Positions 49,942 through 59,593 of a stretch of 64,000 nt of DNA are shown here, in pieces (the first letter of the stretch is position 1; the number at the start of each line of letters is the position of its first letter). The position numbers and the translations under genes are program-made. The notes beneath the pieces were generated by a model. That model was not told the origin of the DNA. It saw nothing but the letters and a program-made list of their open reading frames with translations, and ran no database searches. This DNA is from Candidatus Saccharimonadales bacterium (lineage in GTDB: Bacteria; Patescibacteriota; Saccharimonadia; Saccharimonadales; JBGTLD01): NCBI GenBank assembly GCA_041744275.1, contig JBGTLD010000013.1, forward strand, positions 16,470 to 80,469. The letters are read 5' to 3'.

Positions 49942-50400
49942 TTATATTATTGTAATCTTATCAAAATCATTTGCGGACGCAGTGATTCTACTTATGGCAC
50001 GGCTTCTACGTACCGACTCATAGCTAAAAAGCCCTGGCTCGCCAATAGAAAATGTACCCACTGATGGGCTGGCTTTATGTATAAATTCAATATGTATTCT
50101 GTTACCGGTTTGTACAACCTGCTTTAAACCCGAAACTGATAGTACAAGGGCCTCTTCAGTGATTTCAGTACCGAAGTGTTCTCTTGCGCACGTGGTAACG
50201 CGTTCGTTTTCAGTAAACAGCTGTCCAAGTGACAAAACCACAAAACCACTACGCTGTTGGGTAATTGCTGTTTTTATTCTGTCGATAGTACATTCTGGAC
50301 TTTTGGGCGTAAAAATACCCGCATCATGGCGGGCTACAATTTCTGGGACATCTAGTGATTGATTTGTCATACTAGAACTTAAGTATAAGACGAATGCCAA
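49942..50400 (-). CDS. Hypothetical protein
   Basis: 152-aa ORF, no recognised motif; start uncertain. Confidence 0.45.
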   Translation of the reverse strand: MAFVLYLSSSMTNQSLDVPEIVARHDAGIFTPKSPECTIDRIKTAITQQRSGFVVLSLGQLFTENERVTTCAREHFGTEITEEALVLSVSGLKQVVQTGNRIHIEFIHKASPSVGTFSIGEPGLFSYESVRRSRAISRITASANDFDKITII

Positions 50401-50601
50401 ACTACCACAACAGGTGACTAGTCAGAAGACCAAAAACATGCTATATTTTCCCCTGTTCTTAACGAATCCAAAATTGCAATCCAAGGAGCTGAAAGCGACT
50501 GAATGCGATTTTGAGAGGAGCTGGCTTGGTGGGATAATCAACAGTGTCGAGCAAATTTATTTTGTCGACAGTGTGGTTATCCCACTATCACACAGCGACG
50601 A

Positions 50602-50678
50602 GGCGGCATAGCTCAGCTGGTTAGAGCGCAGGACTCATAAGCCTGAGGTCGGTGGTTCAAGTCCACCTGCCGCTACCA
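50602..50678 (+). tRNA. tRNA with CAT anticodon (probably elongator Met)
   Basis: GGCGGCATAGCTCAGCTGGTTAGAGC...CTCATAA...GGTTCAAGTCC...CGCTACCA; lacks initiator hallmarks; Ile2 not fully excluded. Confidence 0.9.
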
Positions 50679-50852
50679 AGTGAAAAATAGAGTACTCTCG
50701 AAAAGAGAGTATTTTTATTTACACCTAATACGTCGAGGGCTTGAACCTTGGTCAAGAATACTCACTGAGTATTTGAGTTTTCCCTGCTTGGTCGAGACCT
50801 GAACGCATCCAAGTCGAGCATATTTAGTACATGTCCACCTGCCGCTACCAAG
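50679..50852 (+). repeat. tRNA-Met-linked element with a 20-bp duplicate of the tRNA 3' end
   Basis: GTCCACCTGCCGCTACCAAG at 50661-50680 and 50833-50852. Confidence 0.85.
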
Positions 50853-50880
50853 ACAGAATCCTCCTACATGAAGCCAGCGT

Positions 50881-52752
50881 CTAAATGCGAGTTCTTGAGA
50901 GTAGTACAGAATTCAGTACGACTGAAAGCGAACTAAATGCCATTGCGAGCCCTGCTAGTGCTGGATTGAGAGTTAAGCCGGCACTAGCAAACACGCCAGC
51001 CGCAACTGGTATGGCAGAGGTGTTGTAGGCAAATGCCCAAAATAAGTTTTGTCGAATCTTACGGAACGTCTTATTGCTAAGTACAAGCGCACGCGGCACA
51101 TCACGAACGTCACTTTTAACGAGTACGATGTCGCCCGATTCAGCAGCAACATCAGTACCGCTCCCCATCGCGATGCCGACATCTGCGGCTGCGAGCGCTG
51201 GCGCATCGTTTATGCCATCGCCTACAAACGCAACCTTACCGCTTGCCTGCAGTTCTGTGACTTTAGCGAGTTTATCCTGTGGTAGAACTTCGGCAATTAC
51301 CTCAGTAATACCGACTTGCTTTGCGATTGCCTCGGCAGTTGCTTTATTGTCGCCAGTAAGCATTATTGGTTCCAGACCCATTTTTCGTAGGCGTTCAATC
51401 GCCGCCTTAGCGTGTGTTTTAGGCTCATCGGCAATAGCGATAATGCCGATTACCTTTCCTGCTGATTCAACTGCAACGACAGTCTTGCCTTGCTTTTGGA
51501 GCTTTGAAAAGTCGTCGCCATATGGATTGTCGTGCCTCGGCTTACCGACATAGATTTCCTTACTAGCAAGCTTAGCCGAAACGCCATTACCTTCAATTGC
51601 CTTAAACTGCGTTACCCGAGAAACAGAAAGCTTCTGCTGCTTGGCTTTTTTCAATATGGCACTTGCCAGTGGATGCTCAGAAGACTGCTCTGCTGCAGCT
51701 GCGACTTCTAGCGTTTTTTTGTCGCCGATAATATCCGTAACTACCGGACTACCTATCGTGAGTGTGCCAGTTTTATCGAACACAACGTAGCGAATGCCGC
51801 GGGCTGACTCTAGCACCTTGCCGCTCTTAATAAGTACGCCCATTTTTGCGCCCAGACTAGTGCCGACCATTAGGGCGGTAGGGGTAGCAATACCAAGTGC
51901 GCACGGACAAGCAATGATAACAACACCAATTGCATACAGTAGGCTGGCCGTGAAGGCTTCACCAATTAACACAAACCAAACATTAAACGTCAGTATTGCC
52001 AAGATAATAACCAGTGGCACAAAATAAGATGAAACTTGATCTGCAACACGCTGAATAGGCGCCTTGGTGGTTTGAGCACGACGGACCATCTCAACGATTT
52101 GTGCCAGCATCGTATCGGAGCCTATCTTAGTAGCCTCGTAGACAAGCGTTCCGTTGGTGTTAACTGTAGCTCCGATAACATTGTCCCCAACGCGCTTCTT
52201 CACTGGCACGCTCTCGCCGGTTATCATCGATTCGTCTACCCGTGATTCGCCTTCGATCACCTTGCCGTCAACTGCCAAGCGCTCACCAGGCCGAACCTTG
52301 ATTGTGTCGCCAACATTCACATCGGTGATTGCAATCTTCTTTTCTTCGCCATCAATAATCACCACGACTTCTTGAGGTTGCAAGTTTAGCAGCGATTCAA
52401 TTGCTTTAGATGCTCGACCCTTGCTGATTTCCTCGAGTAATTGCCCAAGTAATATGAAAAATATTAGAAAAGCTGCAATTTCAAAGTAGACTGCAAGCCC
52501 AGCCACCAGGGCGTACAAACTATATGTGTATGCCGTAAGTGTACCAAGCGATATGAGTGTGTCCATATTGGCATTACGGTTCTTGAACGCAGCCCAGGCG
52601 CTCTTGTGAAACCTTAGCCCAGTACCAAATACAACTGGAGTCGATAGCGCCCACATAGTATAACCGTGTCCCGGTAGCGTACCACCGAGCATTTCGAATA
52701 GCATCGGCACGCTCAATACAAAACTAATTAAGGTTAGATATTTTAACTTCAT
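50881..52752 (-). CDS. copA: Copper-translocating P1B-type ATPase (no N-terminal HMA domain)
   Basis: TGES, CPC, DKTGT, SEHPLA, GDGIND, YN and MAFSS Cu(I)-type motifs. Confidence 0.92.
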   Translation of the reverse strand: MKLKYLTLISFVLSVPMLFEMLGGTLPGHGYTMWALSTPVVFGTGLRFHKSAWAAFKNRNANMDTLISLGTLTAYTYSLYALVAGLAVYFEIAAFLIFFILLGQLLEEISKGRASKAIESLLNLQPQEVVVIIDGEEKKIAITDVNVGDTIKVRPGERLAVDGKVIEGESRVDESMITGESVPVKKRVGDNVIGATVNTNGTLVYEATKIGSDTMLAQIVEMVRRAQTTKAPIQRVADQVSSYFVPLVIILAILTFNVWFVLIGEAFTASLLYAIGVVIIACPCALGIATPTALMVGTSLGAKMGVLIKSGKVLESARGIRYVVFDKTGTLTIGSPVVTDIIGDKKTLEVAAAAEQSSEHPLASAILKKAKQQKLSVSRVTQFKAIEGNGVSAKLASKEIYVGKPRHDNPYGDDFSKLQKQGKTVVAVESAGKVIGIIAIADEPKTHAKAAIERLRKMGLEPIMLTGDNKATAEAIAKQVGITEVIAEVLPQDKLAKVTELQASGKVAFVGDGINDAPALAAADVGIAMGSGTDVAAESGDIVLVKSDVRDVPRALVLSNKTFRKIRQNLFWAFAYNTSAIPVAAGVFASAGLTLNPALAGLAMAFSSLSVVLNSVLLSRTRI

Positions 52753-53120
52753 TTTACGACCACCTTACCGTGGTACATACGCATACCGCACGAATAAGCA
52801 TATTCGCCGGGTTCAAGCTCTGGCAGCTCAATGATATCTTCACCGTTTAGTTCTAACTTCTTTTGGATTCCAAAATCAGGAAATATGACTTCTTCTAAAC
52901 AACCCGACGCATCTTTACGTCTAAAGGTGAGTGTTACTGGTTTATGCGCTTGCACAGTGGTTATTTCAGGGTTGTAGCCACCATTTACGGTAATCGATGC
53001 GTTCTGAGTATTACCACTCTCAGTAGCGCTACCCTGACTTTCTGAGCGGCCAAAAAACCACCACACAACAAAAGCCATGACGCCACCTGAAATAAGTATC
53101 GAGAGTAAAGATATTAGCAT
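52749..53120 (-). CDS. CupA-like membrane-anchored cupredoxin copper chaperone
   Basis: TM, GGYNP, GCL, and [10 protein letters not shown] motifs. Confidence 0.85.
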   Translation of the reverse strand: MLISLLSILISGGVMAFVVWWFFGRSESQGSATESGNTQNASITVNGGYNPEITTVQAHKPVTLTFRRKDASGCLEEVIFPDFGIQKKLELNGEDIIELPELEPGEYAYSCGMRMYHGKVVVK

Positions 53121-53524
53121 TAGTTGTGCATTCCTCCGTCCATGTGATCGCCAGAATCATTTTTCATTCCGCCCATATACCCCCACTCTTCGAGCCAGCC
53201 ATTCATCATATTGGTTTCTTGGCTTTGCGTTCTGATGATATCGTCTGCAAGCCTCCTCATTTCTTCTCGATTAGAACGACTAGCTACAAGCTCAGCCATA
53301 TCAACAGCGCCCTCATGATGAACGATCATTTCTTCAAGAAACACTTTTTCAAATTCTTCACCATTGAGCCTACTTAATTCATCGGTCATTGATTGGTTAT
53401 GACTAAGTCCAGCGTCACTAGCCGCAGTATCAGATCGGCCTTGTCCCGCAACCACAAATCCTGCAGCGGTTATTGTAACCCCTATGATTACACCGTATAG
53501 ACCGTTTAAATATTCCTTCTTCAT
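53120..53524 (-). CDS. DUF305 (CopM-like) protein
   Basis: FLEEMIVHHEGAVDMA...IIRTQSQE...M..WL; Met/His-rich tail. Confidence 0.85.
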   Translation of the reverse strand: MKKEYLNGLYGVIIGVTITAAGFVVAGQGRSDTAASDAGLSHNQSMTDELSRLNGEEFEKVFLEEMIVHHEGAVDMAELVASRSNREEMRRLADDIIRTQSQETNMMNGWLEEWGYMGGMKNDSGDHMDGGMHN

Positions 53525-54315
53525 GTCTTTGCTCCTTCGTTAATTATTCTCACTACTTCTTCTGGCTTTTCCAGTGGAAGCTGATGTGATGCATCGAGTT
53601 CAATAAACTGAATGTCCGGGAACTTCCGGCGTAATTGCTGTAAGTCTAGACTTTTAAGTAACGTGTCACGCGATCCATAGACGATTGTCGTCGGTACCTG
53701 GATACCCGCGAGCTCTTCAATAACATTTTGGTCGATAATTGTGTTTTGCATGCTTCGTGAGTAAGAGGTCCAGTTGTGATCAAGTGAATCGTGGGCAATC
53801 TCTGCCGGGACATCACGTGTTACGAACGGCACTATCGCCTTCATAACAGGCCTCATGTAGCACATCGCCTTGCACATGAGCCATGCTGTCGGCCCAAACA
53901 TCATGATCTTCGGGGTTATATTCGAATGCTTAATCTCGGACCTAGCTGTTTGCTTGTCTTTGAAGACTGGCATGCTAATCAATATCAATCTACTTACGCT
54001 GCCAGGATACATGGTTGCATAGCGCAAGCTCACAATAGAACCCAACGAGTGGCCAACAAGCGTAAACGTGCCAAGCTTAACCTGAGCAAGGCTGCTATGA
54101 ACGGCTTCGGCATGAGTATCTGCGCTGTAGGTGCTACCAGTTGGCTTAGGAGAATCACCAAACCCCAGTAGATCAAGCGCAATGACACGCCATGTAGCGT
54201 TTAGGCACTGCTCAACCTTGCCCCAATATCTATGAGACCCCATAAGCCCGTGCAAGAACACGACTGGTGTGCCACCTCCTGAGTCGGTAAAGTTCAGGGT
54301 TTGCGCCGTAGCCAT
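53521..54315 (-). CDS. Alpha/beta fold hydrolase
   Basis: FLHG, DLLGFGDS, GHSLG, YGSRD and terminal His (SHQLP). Confidence 0.9.
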   Translation of the reverse strand: MATAQTLNFTDSGGGTPVVFLHGLMGSHRYWGKVEQCLNATWRVIALDLLGFGDSPKPTGSTYSADTHAEAVHSSLAQVKLGTFTLVGHSLGSIVSLRYATMYPGSVSRLILISMPVFKDKQTARSEIKHSNITPKIMMFGPTAWLMCKAMCYMRPVMKAIVPFVTRDVPAEIAHDSLDHNWTSYSRSMQNTIIDQNVIEELAGIQVPTTIVYGSRDTLLKSLDLQQLRRKFPDIQFIELDASHQLPLEKPEEVVRIINEGAKT

Positions 54316-54590
54316 TATTTACTCCTGACGTTATTGAGCTCATACAGCCCGAGCAGCTCATCAATCGCTTTGTCTTGGTTGCCAGACTGAATGTCGGCGG
54401 TTACGTGTGTCCGTAGGTGGTTTTCGAGTATTAGCTTATTGAGGGAACTGAGCGAACGCTGAATCGCCAAGCTCTGCGTCAGGATATCCATGCAATATTC
54501 ACTCGAATCTATCATTTTTTCTAAGCCTTTGAGTTGGCCTTGCAAAATTTTGCTCCGGTGAAGTGCGCGCTTTTGTATAGATTCAATCAT
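54315..54590 (-). CDS. csoR: CsoR/RcnR family metal-sensing repressor
   Basis: LQGQLKGLEKMI, YCMDILTQ and LENHLRTHV motifs; start at MIESIQ after TATACT. Confidence 0.85.
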   Translation of the reverse strand: MIESIQKRALHRSKILQGQLKGLEKMIDSSEYCMDILTQSLAIQRSLSSLNKLILENHLRTHVTADIQSGNQDKAIDELLGLYELNNVRSK

Positions 54591-54600
54591 ACGTAATAGT

Positions 54601-54617
54601 ATACCCCAGTATGGTAT
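54601..54617. promoter_or_regulatory. Probable CsoR operator
   Basis: ATACC-ccagtat-GGTAT inverted repeat with C-tract, overlapping the -10 region of csoR. Confidence 0.7.
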
Positions 54618-54650
54618 TAATATCAACTCATGACTATTTACTTGCATGCA

Positions 54651-54678
54651 AAAGCCCCCTGGTTTCCCCGGGGGCTTT
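54651..54678. terminator. GC-rich terminator-like hairpin
   Basis: AAAGCCCCCTGG...CCGGGGGCTTT. Confidence 0.6.
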
Positions 54679-55088
54679 CTCGCAAACTACTGGCGCATTA
54701 CCTGGTTACAATTATGATTGATTTACCAGCTATGCGTAGCTTCGATCTCTTATTTGTTGACCGCAATGGTCTACGAATATCTTGAATTAACATTATGATC
54801 AATCCTTTTTAACTTTTTTGTTTTTTATAGTTCGCGTAATATGTCATCTAGGCCGAGTATGATCTCGTTATTTGTACTGACAAATTCATACGCTAATTCA
54901 TGCCCGAGTGTTAGCACATCTTTGATTCCTTATTATTTATTTTGATAGTGTTTGTTTTGATGCATCAACAGGAACTATTGTATAGTACTTTTGCTTATTT
55001 GTCAATATACTACTTTCGAATGTTTGCTTTAAACTTTGGCTTGTGGTTTAATTCTTGTACAGGTTCTTAACTGTTAGCTAGATAAGTC

Positions 55089-55182
55089 GATATGTTTCTT
55101 GGTTTTTCATGAGCAGGTTCGGTCGAAGAAGCAGAACAAGTAAGGGGTCGAGCCTGATCGTTAATAATCAAGGAACTTATCA
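55089..55182 (+). promoter_or_regulatory. Structured 5' leader occluding the RBS of the RRM gene
   Basis: 55094-55104 pairs with 55166-55176 (contains AAGGA); 55114-55124 pairs with 55146-55156 (G-U pairs included). Confidence 0.6.
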
Positions 55183-55512
55183 ATGTACAAATTATTTGTA
55201 GGTGGTTTGCCATTCTCAACATCAGACGATGAACTAGCAGAAGCTTTTGCTGTTCATGGTACTGTTGCAAGTGCTAAAGTTATCACTGACCGTGAAACTG
55301 GACGCAGCAAAGGTTTCGGATTCGTAGAATTCGAAAACGATGAAGAAGGCAAAGCAGCCGAAAAAGCTCTCAACAATGCAGAGCTTGGTGGCCGCACAAT
55401 CACAGTCAACGAAGCACGTCCTAAAGAAGATCGACCTCGTCGAGACTTCAATGGTGGCGGTGGCAACGGTGGCGGTGGTGGTGGCGGTTCATTCCGACAA
55501 CGCAGCTGGTAA
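55183..55512 (+). CDS. RRM RNA-binding protein with Gly-rich tail
   Basis: RNP2 LFVGGL and RNP1 KGFGFVEF. Confidence 0.95.
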   Translation: MYKLFVGGLPFSTSDDELAEAFAVHGTVASAKVITDRETGRSKGFGFVEFENDEEGKAAEKALNNAELGGRTITVNEARPKEDRPRRDFNGGGGNGGGGGGGSFRQRSW

Positions 55513-55532
55513 TTTCATTACCTGCTAACGCA

Positions 55533-55564
55533 TAAAAACACTCTCACTTGTGGGAGTGTTTTTA
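55533..55564 (+). terminator. Intrinsic terminator
   Basis: TAAAAACACTCTCA-cttg-TGGGAGTGTTTTTA. Confidence 0.8.
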
Positions 55565-55588
55565 TTTTATGCCGTACACTACTAGGGT

Positions 55589-56311
55589 ATGAAAGAACAA
55601 AAAAGACGGCTTGGTTTTATACTAATTCTCAGTTTTATAGCTATCGGGAACTTTCTCGTTACAAGAACACCCGAGCAGCCACAACCAAGCCCACAACCAG
55701 CAGTCATGGGAGAGTCAGAAGATAGAGACACTCCGCTCGCATCTAACGTACTCCAGCAACTCGAAGTTAAGGGTCGTGCCCCTAAAACAGATTATGCACG
55801 GAGTCAGTTCGGCTCAGGATGGGATTCTGCAGGTGGGTGTAATGTTCGTAATCTTATACTAGCTCGTGACATGACAGACGTAGTGACACGGTCAGAAACC
55901 GATTGTAGAGTTGTTTCTGGCACACTTAATGACCCTTATACAGGTAAGGCTATCGCCTTTGTGAGCGGAGCCAACACAAGTACAGACGTACAGATTGATC
56001 ACGTTGTTGCGCTATCCGATGCGTGGCAAAAAGGAGCGCAGCAAATTGGCGAGATAGAACGCCAAAGATTCTCAAACGACCCACTCAACTTGCTTGCGGT
56101 AGAAGGCGCTGCGAATCAGCAAAAAGGCGATGGAGACGCCGCTACATGGCTGCCGCCAAATCGTGTATACAGGTGCATGTACGTAGCCCGGCAAATTGCT
56201 GTAAAAAAACGCTATACCTTGTGGGTTACACCTGCAGAAAAAGACGCCATGAGCCGAGTACTACAAACGTGCCCTGAACAGCAATTGCCTCGGACTGGAA
56301 CTATTTTATAA
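55589..56311 (+). CDS. Exported HNH-type endonuclease (DUF1524-like)
   Basis: N-terminal anchor; IDHVVALSDAW, FSNDPLNLLAV..AN..KGD and WLP motifs. Confidence 0.85.
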   Translation: MKEQKRRLGFILILSFIAIGNFLVTRTPEQPQPSPQPAVMGESEDRDTPLASNVLQQLEVKGRAPKTDYARSQFGSGWDSAGGCNVRNLILARDMTDVVTRSETDCRVVSGTLNDPYTGKAIAFVSGANTSTDVQIDHVVALSDAWQKGAQQIGEIERQRFSNDPLNLLAVEGAANQQKGDGDAATWLPPNRVYRCMYVARQIAVKKRYTLWVTPAEKDAMSRVLQTCPEQQLPRTGTIL

Positions 56312-56341
56312 CGTGAAGTAATTGCCGACACTGCATGTTCT

Positions 56342-57802
56342 ATGCATAATGCTCGCATGGTGTCATTCAAAAAGAAACTACACGTATCGTGGCATGTTGC
56401 AGTGGCATCATTTGGTGTTGTTTTAGGATGTGCTGCAGCCCCTGCACTTCAGCTCACGAGTGATATCAGTCTACTTTTTATAGGTATAGGCATGCTGCTT
56501 GTTGTGTGTAGTAATAGACGCGTAGGGTTTATGATTTTAGCACTCATTGCAGGGAGTCTTATTGGTACATGGCGCGGAAGTAGTAGCTACAGCGAACTTC
56601 AAGTTTACAAAGATTTGATAGGTGGACAGCTGTCTGTTACAGGTAAGGTTGCTGAAGATGCAACAATCGGACAACGAGGTGATCAGCGTATACGACTTGA
56701 AAATACACGATCAGAAGGCACGACATTACCTGGCAGTATATGGGTTAGTACAATAAAGCCACTCGACATAAAGCGGGGTGATATTATAACGGCGAGCGGC
56801 TTACTGGGAGAAGGCTTTGGAACGATAAATGCATCAATGTATCGTGCAAATATTCAGCGTATTGAGCGCCCAAACCCTGGTGATATTGCAAGACAAATAC
56901 GTGATACCTTTGCGGATGGTGTACGTGTTGGTATTCCCGAACCACAAGCAAGTTTGGGTGTTGGTTATTTAGTTGGCCAGCGCAGTACACTGCCAGAAGA
57001 CCTTACTGAACAGTTACGTACAGTTGGCCTTACGCATGCAATTGTTGCGAGCGGTTATAACCTAACAATACTTGTGAGCCTTACACGTAGGGTATTTGCG
57101 AGGTTTTCTAAATACCTTGCAGCACTGAGTGGCACGGTACTTATTTGGTGTTTTATACTCATCACCGGGTTTAGCCCATCAATGACACGGGCAGGAATTG
57201 TATCTGGGCTTGGACTACTTGCTTGGTACTACGGCAGAAGGTCCCACCCTATCGTTATTTTAAGCTTTGCTGCAGCAATCACGGTGTTACTTAACCCCAG
57301 TTACGTTTGGGGTGACCTTGGCTGGTTTCTCTCGTTTGCATCATTTGCAGGTATATTACTCATGGCGCCACTATTGCATCACTATTTTTGGGGCAATAAA
57401 AAGCCTGGTATCATTCGCCAATTGGTTTTGGAGACAACATCTGCGCAGCTTATCACGATGCCAATTATCCTTTTTGCATTTAACCAGTACTCACCATATG
57501 CCTTGCTTGCTAATGTTTTAGCGCTTCCCTTGGTTCCTTTAGCTATGCTTACTACTTTTATTGCAGGTTTGACGGGTCTCTTCGCACCTGTGATTGCACA
57601 CATTGTAAGTTTTCCAGCAACAATACTACTTAGTTACACGACATCGCTTGTGGAAAAAGTAGCGGCGTTACCGGGAGCCAAAAGTGAAATTTCGTTCTCG
57701 GCAGTTCAAGTAATTATAAGTTATGTATTTTTGATAATAGTGCTGTTTTATATATGGCTTAAGACAAAACATAACTTCAGAAAAGACGATAATAATTTAT
57801 AA
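56342..57802 (+). CDS. comEC: ComEC/Rec2 competence channel without beta-lactamase domain
   Basis: GLTHAIVASGYN, SMTRAG, NP...DLGWFLSF motifs; N-terminal OB/DUF4131-like region. Confidence 0.92.
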   Translation: MHNARMVSFKKKLHVSWHVAVASFGVVLGCAAAPALQLTSDISLLFIGIGMLLVVCSNRRVGFMILALIAGSLIGTWRGSSSYSELQVYKDLIGGQLSVTGKVAEDATIGQRGDQRIRLENTRSEGTTLPGSIWVSTIKPLDIKRGDIITASGLLGEGFGTINASMYRANIQRIERPNPGDIARQIRDTFADGVRVGIPEPQASLGVGYLVGQRSTLPEDLTEQLRTVGLTHAIVASGYNLTILVSLTRRVFARFSKYLAALSGTVLIWCFILITGFSPSMTRAGIVSGLGLLAWYYGRRSHPIVILSFAAAITVLLNPSYVWGDLGWFLSFASFAGILLMAPLLHHYFWGNKKPGIIRQLVLETTSAQLITMPIILFAFNQYSPYALLANVLALPLVPLAMLTTFIAGLTGLFAPVIAHIVSFPATILLSYTTSLVEKVAALPGAKSEISFSAVQVIISYVFLIIVLFYIWLKTKHNFRKDDNNL

Positions 57803-57860
57803 ATACTTCACATAAGAAAGTTGTTTAGTTTTATATAAATCAGGTGTATTATTCTATTTA

Positions 57861-59591
57861 ATGCTTAAGTTAATGAACTATCTCGTAGCTATCGTTACTT
57901 TTTTCCTATCTTTTCAAGGAATGCCCGTTTACGCCCAAGACACGACCCAAAGCGAACCCGAAGTGATTATCTCTGGGATTAAAACAGGTGGCAGCGGCAC
58001 CACTGACCAAGAGTTTGTTGAACTCTATAATCAATCAGATGTACCTGTGTCGTTAAAAGGCTGGCAAGTGCGATATGCAGCCAAAGATACTACTGGTACG
58101 GGAGTCGCGAAGGTCTCTATCCCACTCAACTCAACCTTAAGTATTGAACCTAATTCATATTTTTTAGCAGCAACAAGCTCCTTCGCATCACTCCTCGACC
58201 CTCAAACTACTTACACATTGTTTAGTGCAGGCTTTTCAGATACGGCAGGCCATATAATACTCGTAAACGATGTAGGATTGGAAGTTGATCGAATAGGCTG
58301 GGGTACAGCAAGCTACCCTTTGATTCAGGCAATACCTAGTGCCCACCTATCCGGCAGCTCAATAAAAAGATGTATTACACCACAAGGCTTATTCTCCGTT
58401 TCTCGCAATAATTTTACTGATTTCAGAGTAGTTAACTCACCGTTACTACTACTTCCGGGCCCGCCATGTGTACCCGAAGAAACTATTGAACTACCCGAAA
58501 GTCCAGATGTACCAAAAGATGAAGAGCCCGTTATTGAACCCCCTTTGCAGCCTACACTCACCTGTGAAGGTATAGTTTTATCTGAATTATTACCAAACCC
58601 AAGCGGCAGCGACACTGGCCGTGAGTTTATAGAGTTACATAACCCGACAAACGAGGTTATAGAGCTTAACGGGTGTTCTTTGCAAACGAGTGCAAACAGT
58701 AAAATATATAACTTGGACATACTTTCCATGCAGCCTGGATCATATCTTGCATTTAGTGATACCACGAGTGGCTTAACTCTGCCAAATGCAGCAGGTGGCA
58801 CTGTATGGTTGCTATCTCCACATGATGAAATAAGCACGGTGACCTACCCTGGCAATATAATCGATGACGTAGCGTGGGCGCTTATATCCGACGTATGGCA
58901 AAGTACATTTATACCAACGCCGGGTGATGCAAACATAGCAATGCCACAAAAACCATGTGCAACTGGGCAAGAGCGGAACCCAGAGACAGGCCTTTGCCGT
59001 ACTATACCCACAGAAACAGTCCTTACTCCATGCCGCGAAGGCCAGGAAAGAAATCCTGAAACGAATCGATGTCGGAATATTATAAGCTTTATGACAAATT
59101 TATTTCCCTGTAATGAAGGTCAGGAGCGGAGTCCGGAAACAAATCGATGTCGCGGCGTATCACTTTCAGTAAGTACACTTAACCCTTGTCGACAAGGTCA
59201 AATTAGAAACCCAGATACAAATAGGTGTCGGAATGTTCTCGCAGCAACCAACACACTAATACCATGCAAAGTAGGTCAGGAGCGGAGTCCGGAAACAAAT
59301 CGATGTCGGAATATTGCAAACGCCTCGCTTGCTTCTTGCAAAATTGGCCAAGAACGGAACCCAGATACAAATAGGTGTCGCAAAATACAAGCAGTACAAA
59401 CGACTGCAAGTGTCATTGTTGAGGACATACCAGCGCCAATAATCCAAAGTAGCCGCAATGCCATTATCGCAATAGCTGCGGTGGTTGGTGGCTTAGGCTA
59501 TGCTCTATACGAATGGCGCAAAGACGTACAAAACCTTTGGTTTACGCGTAAATCAAATGCCTCTTTTTCAAAAATCGTGAAAAGAAAGTAA
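57861..59591 (+). CDS. Surface protein with two lamin-tail domains, six Cys repeats and a C-terminal TM anchor
   Basis: EFVELYN...LKGW and SELLPNPSG..D...EFIELHN LTD motifs; CxxGQERNPETNRCR-type repeats. Confidence 0.85.
   Translation: MLKLMNYLVAIVTFFLSFQGMPVYAQDTTQSEPEVIISGIKTGGSGTTDQEFVELYNQSDVPVSLKGWQVRYAAKDTTGTGVAKVSIPLNSTLSIEPNSYFLAATSSFASLLDPQTTYTLFSAGFSDTAGHIILVNDVGLEVDRIGWGTASYPLIQAIPSAHLSGSSIKRCITPQGLFSVSRNNFTDFRVVNSPLLLLPGPPCVPEETIELPESPDVPKDEEPVIEPPLQPTLTCEGIVLSELLPNPSGSDTGREFIELHNPTNEVIELNGCSLQTSANSKIYNLDILSMQPGSYLAFSDTTSGLTLPNAAGGTVWLLSPHDEISTVTYPGNIIDDVAWALISDVWQSTFIPTPGDANIAMPQKPCATGQERNPETGLCRTIPTETVLTPCREGQERNPETNRCRNIISFMTNLFPCNEGQERSPETNRCRGVSLSVSTLNPCRQGQIRNPDTNRCRNVLAATNTLIPCKVGQERSPETNRCRNIANASLASCKIGQERNPDTNRCRKIQAVQTTASVIVEDIPAPIIQSSRNAIIAIAAVVGGLGYALYEWRKDVQNLWFTRKSNASFSKIVKRK
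58951..59382 (+). repeat. Six intragenic tandem repeats encoding CxxGQ(E/I)R(N/S)P(E/D)T(N/G)(R/L)CR
   Basis: Protein repeats of about 25 aa; DNA-identical blocks shared by units 3/5 and 4/6. Confidence 0.9.
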
Positions 59592-59593
59592 GC

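Noticed and set aside
50833-54678. Copper operon as an att-flanked integrative element
   Set aside because: The tRNA repeat lies before the operon rather than beyond it; no distal att copy or integrase was seen.
54680-54970. Possible decayed gene on the minus strand upstream of csoR
   Set aside because: Multiple stops and no recognisable family motif; cannot be supported without a search.
58951-59382. Regularly spaced DNA repeats resembling a CRISPR array
   Set aside because: The repeats are degenerate, in frame, and encode protein repeats; no cas genes nearby.
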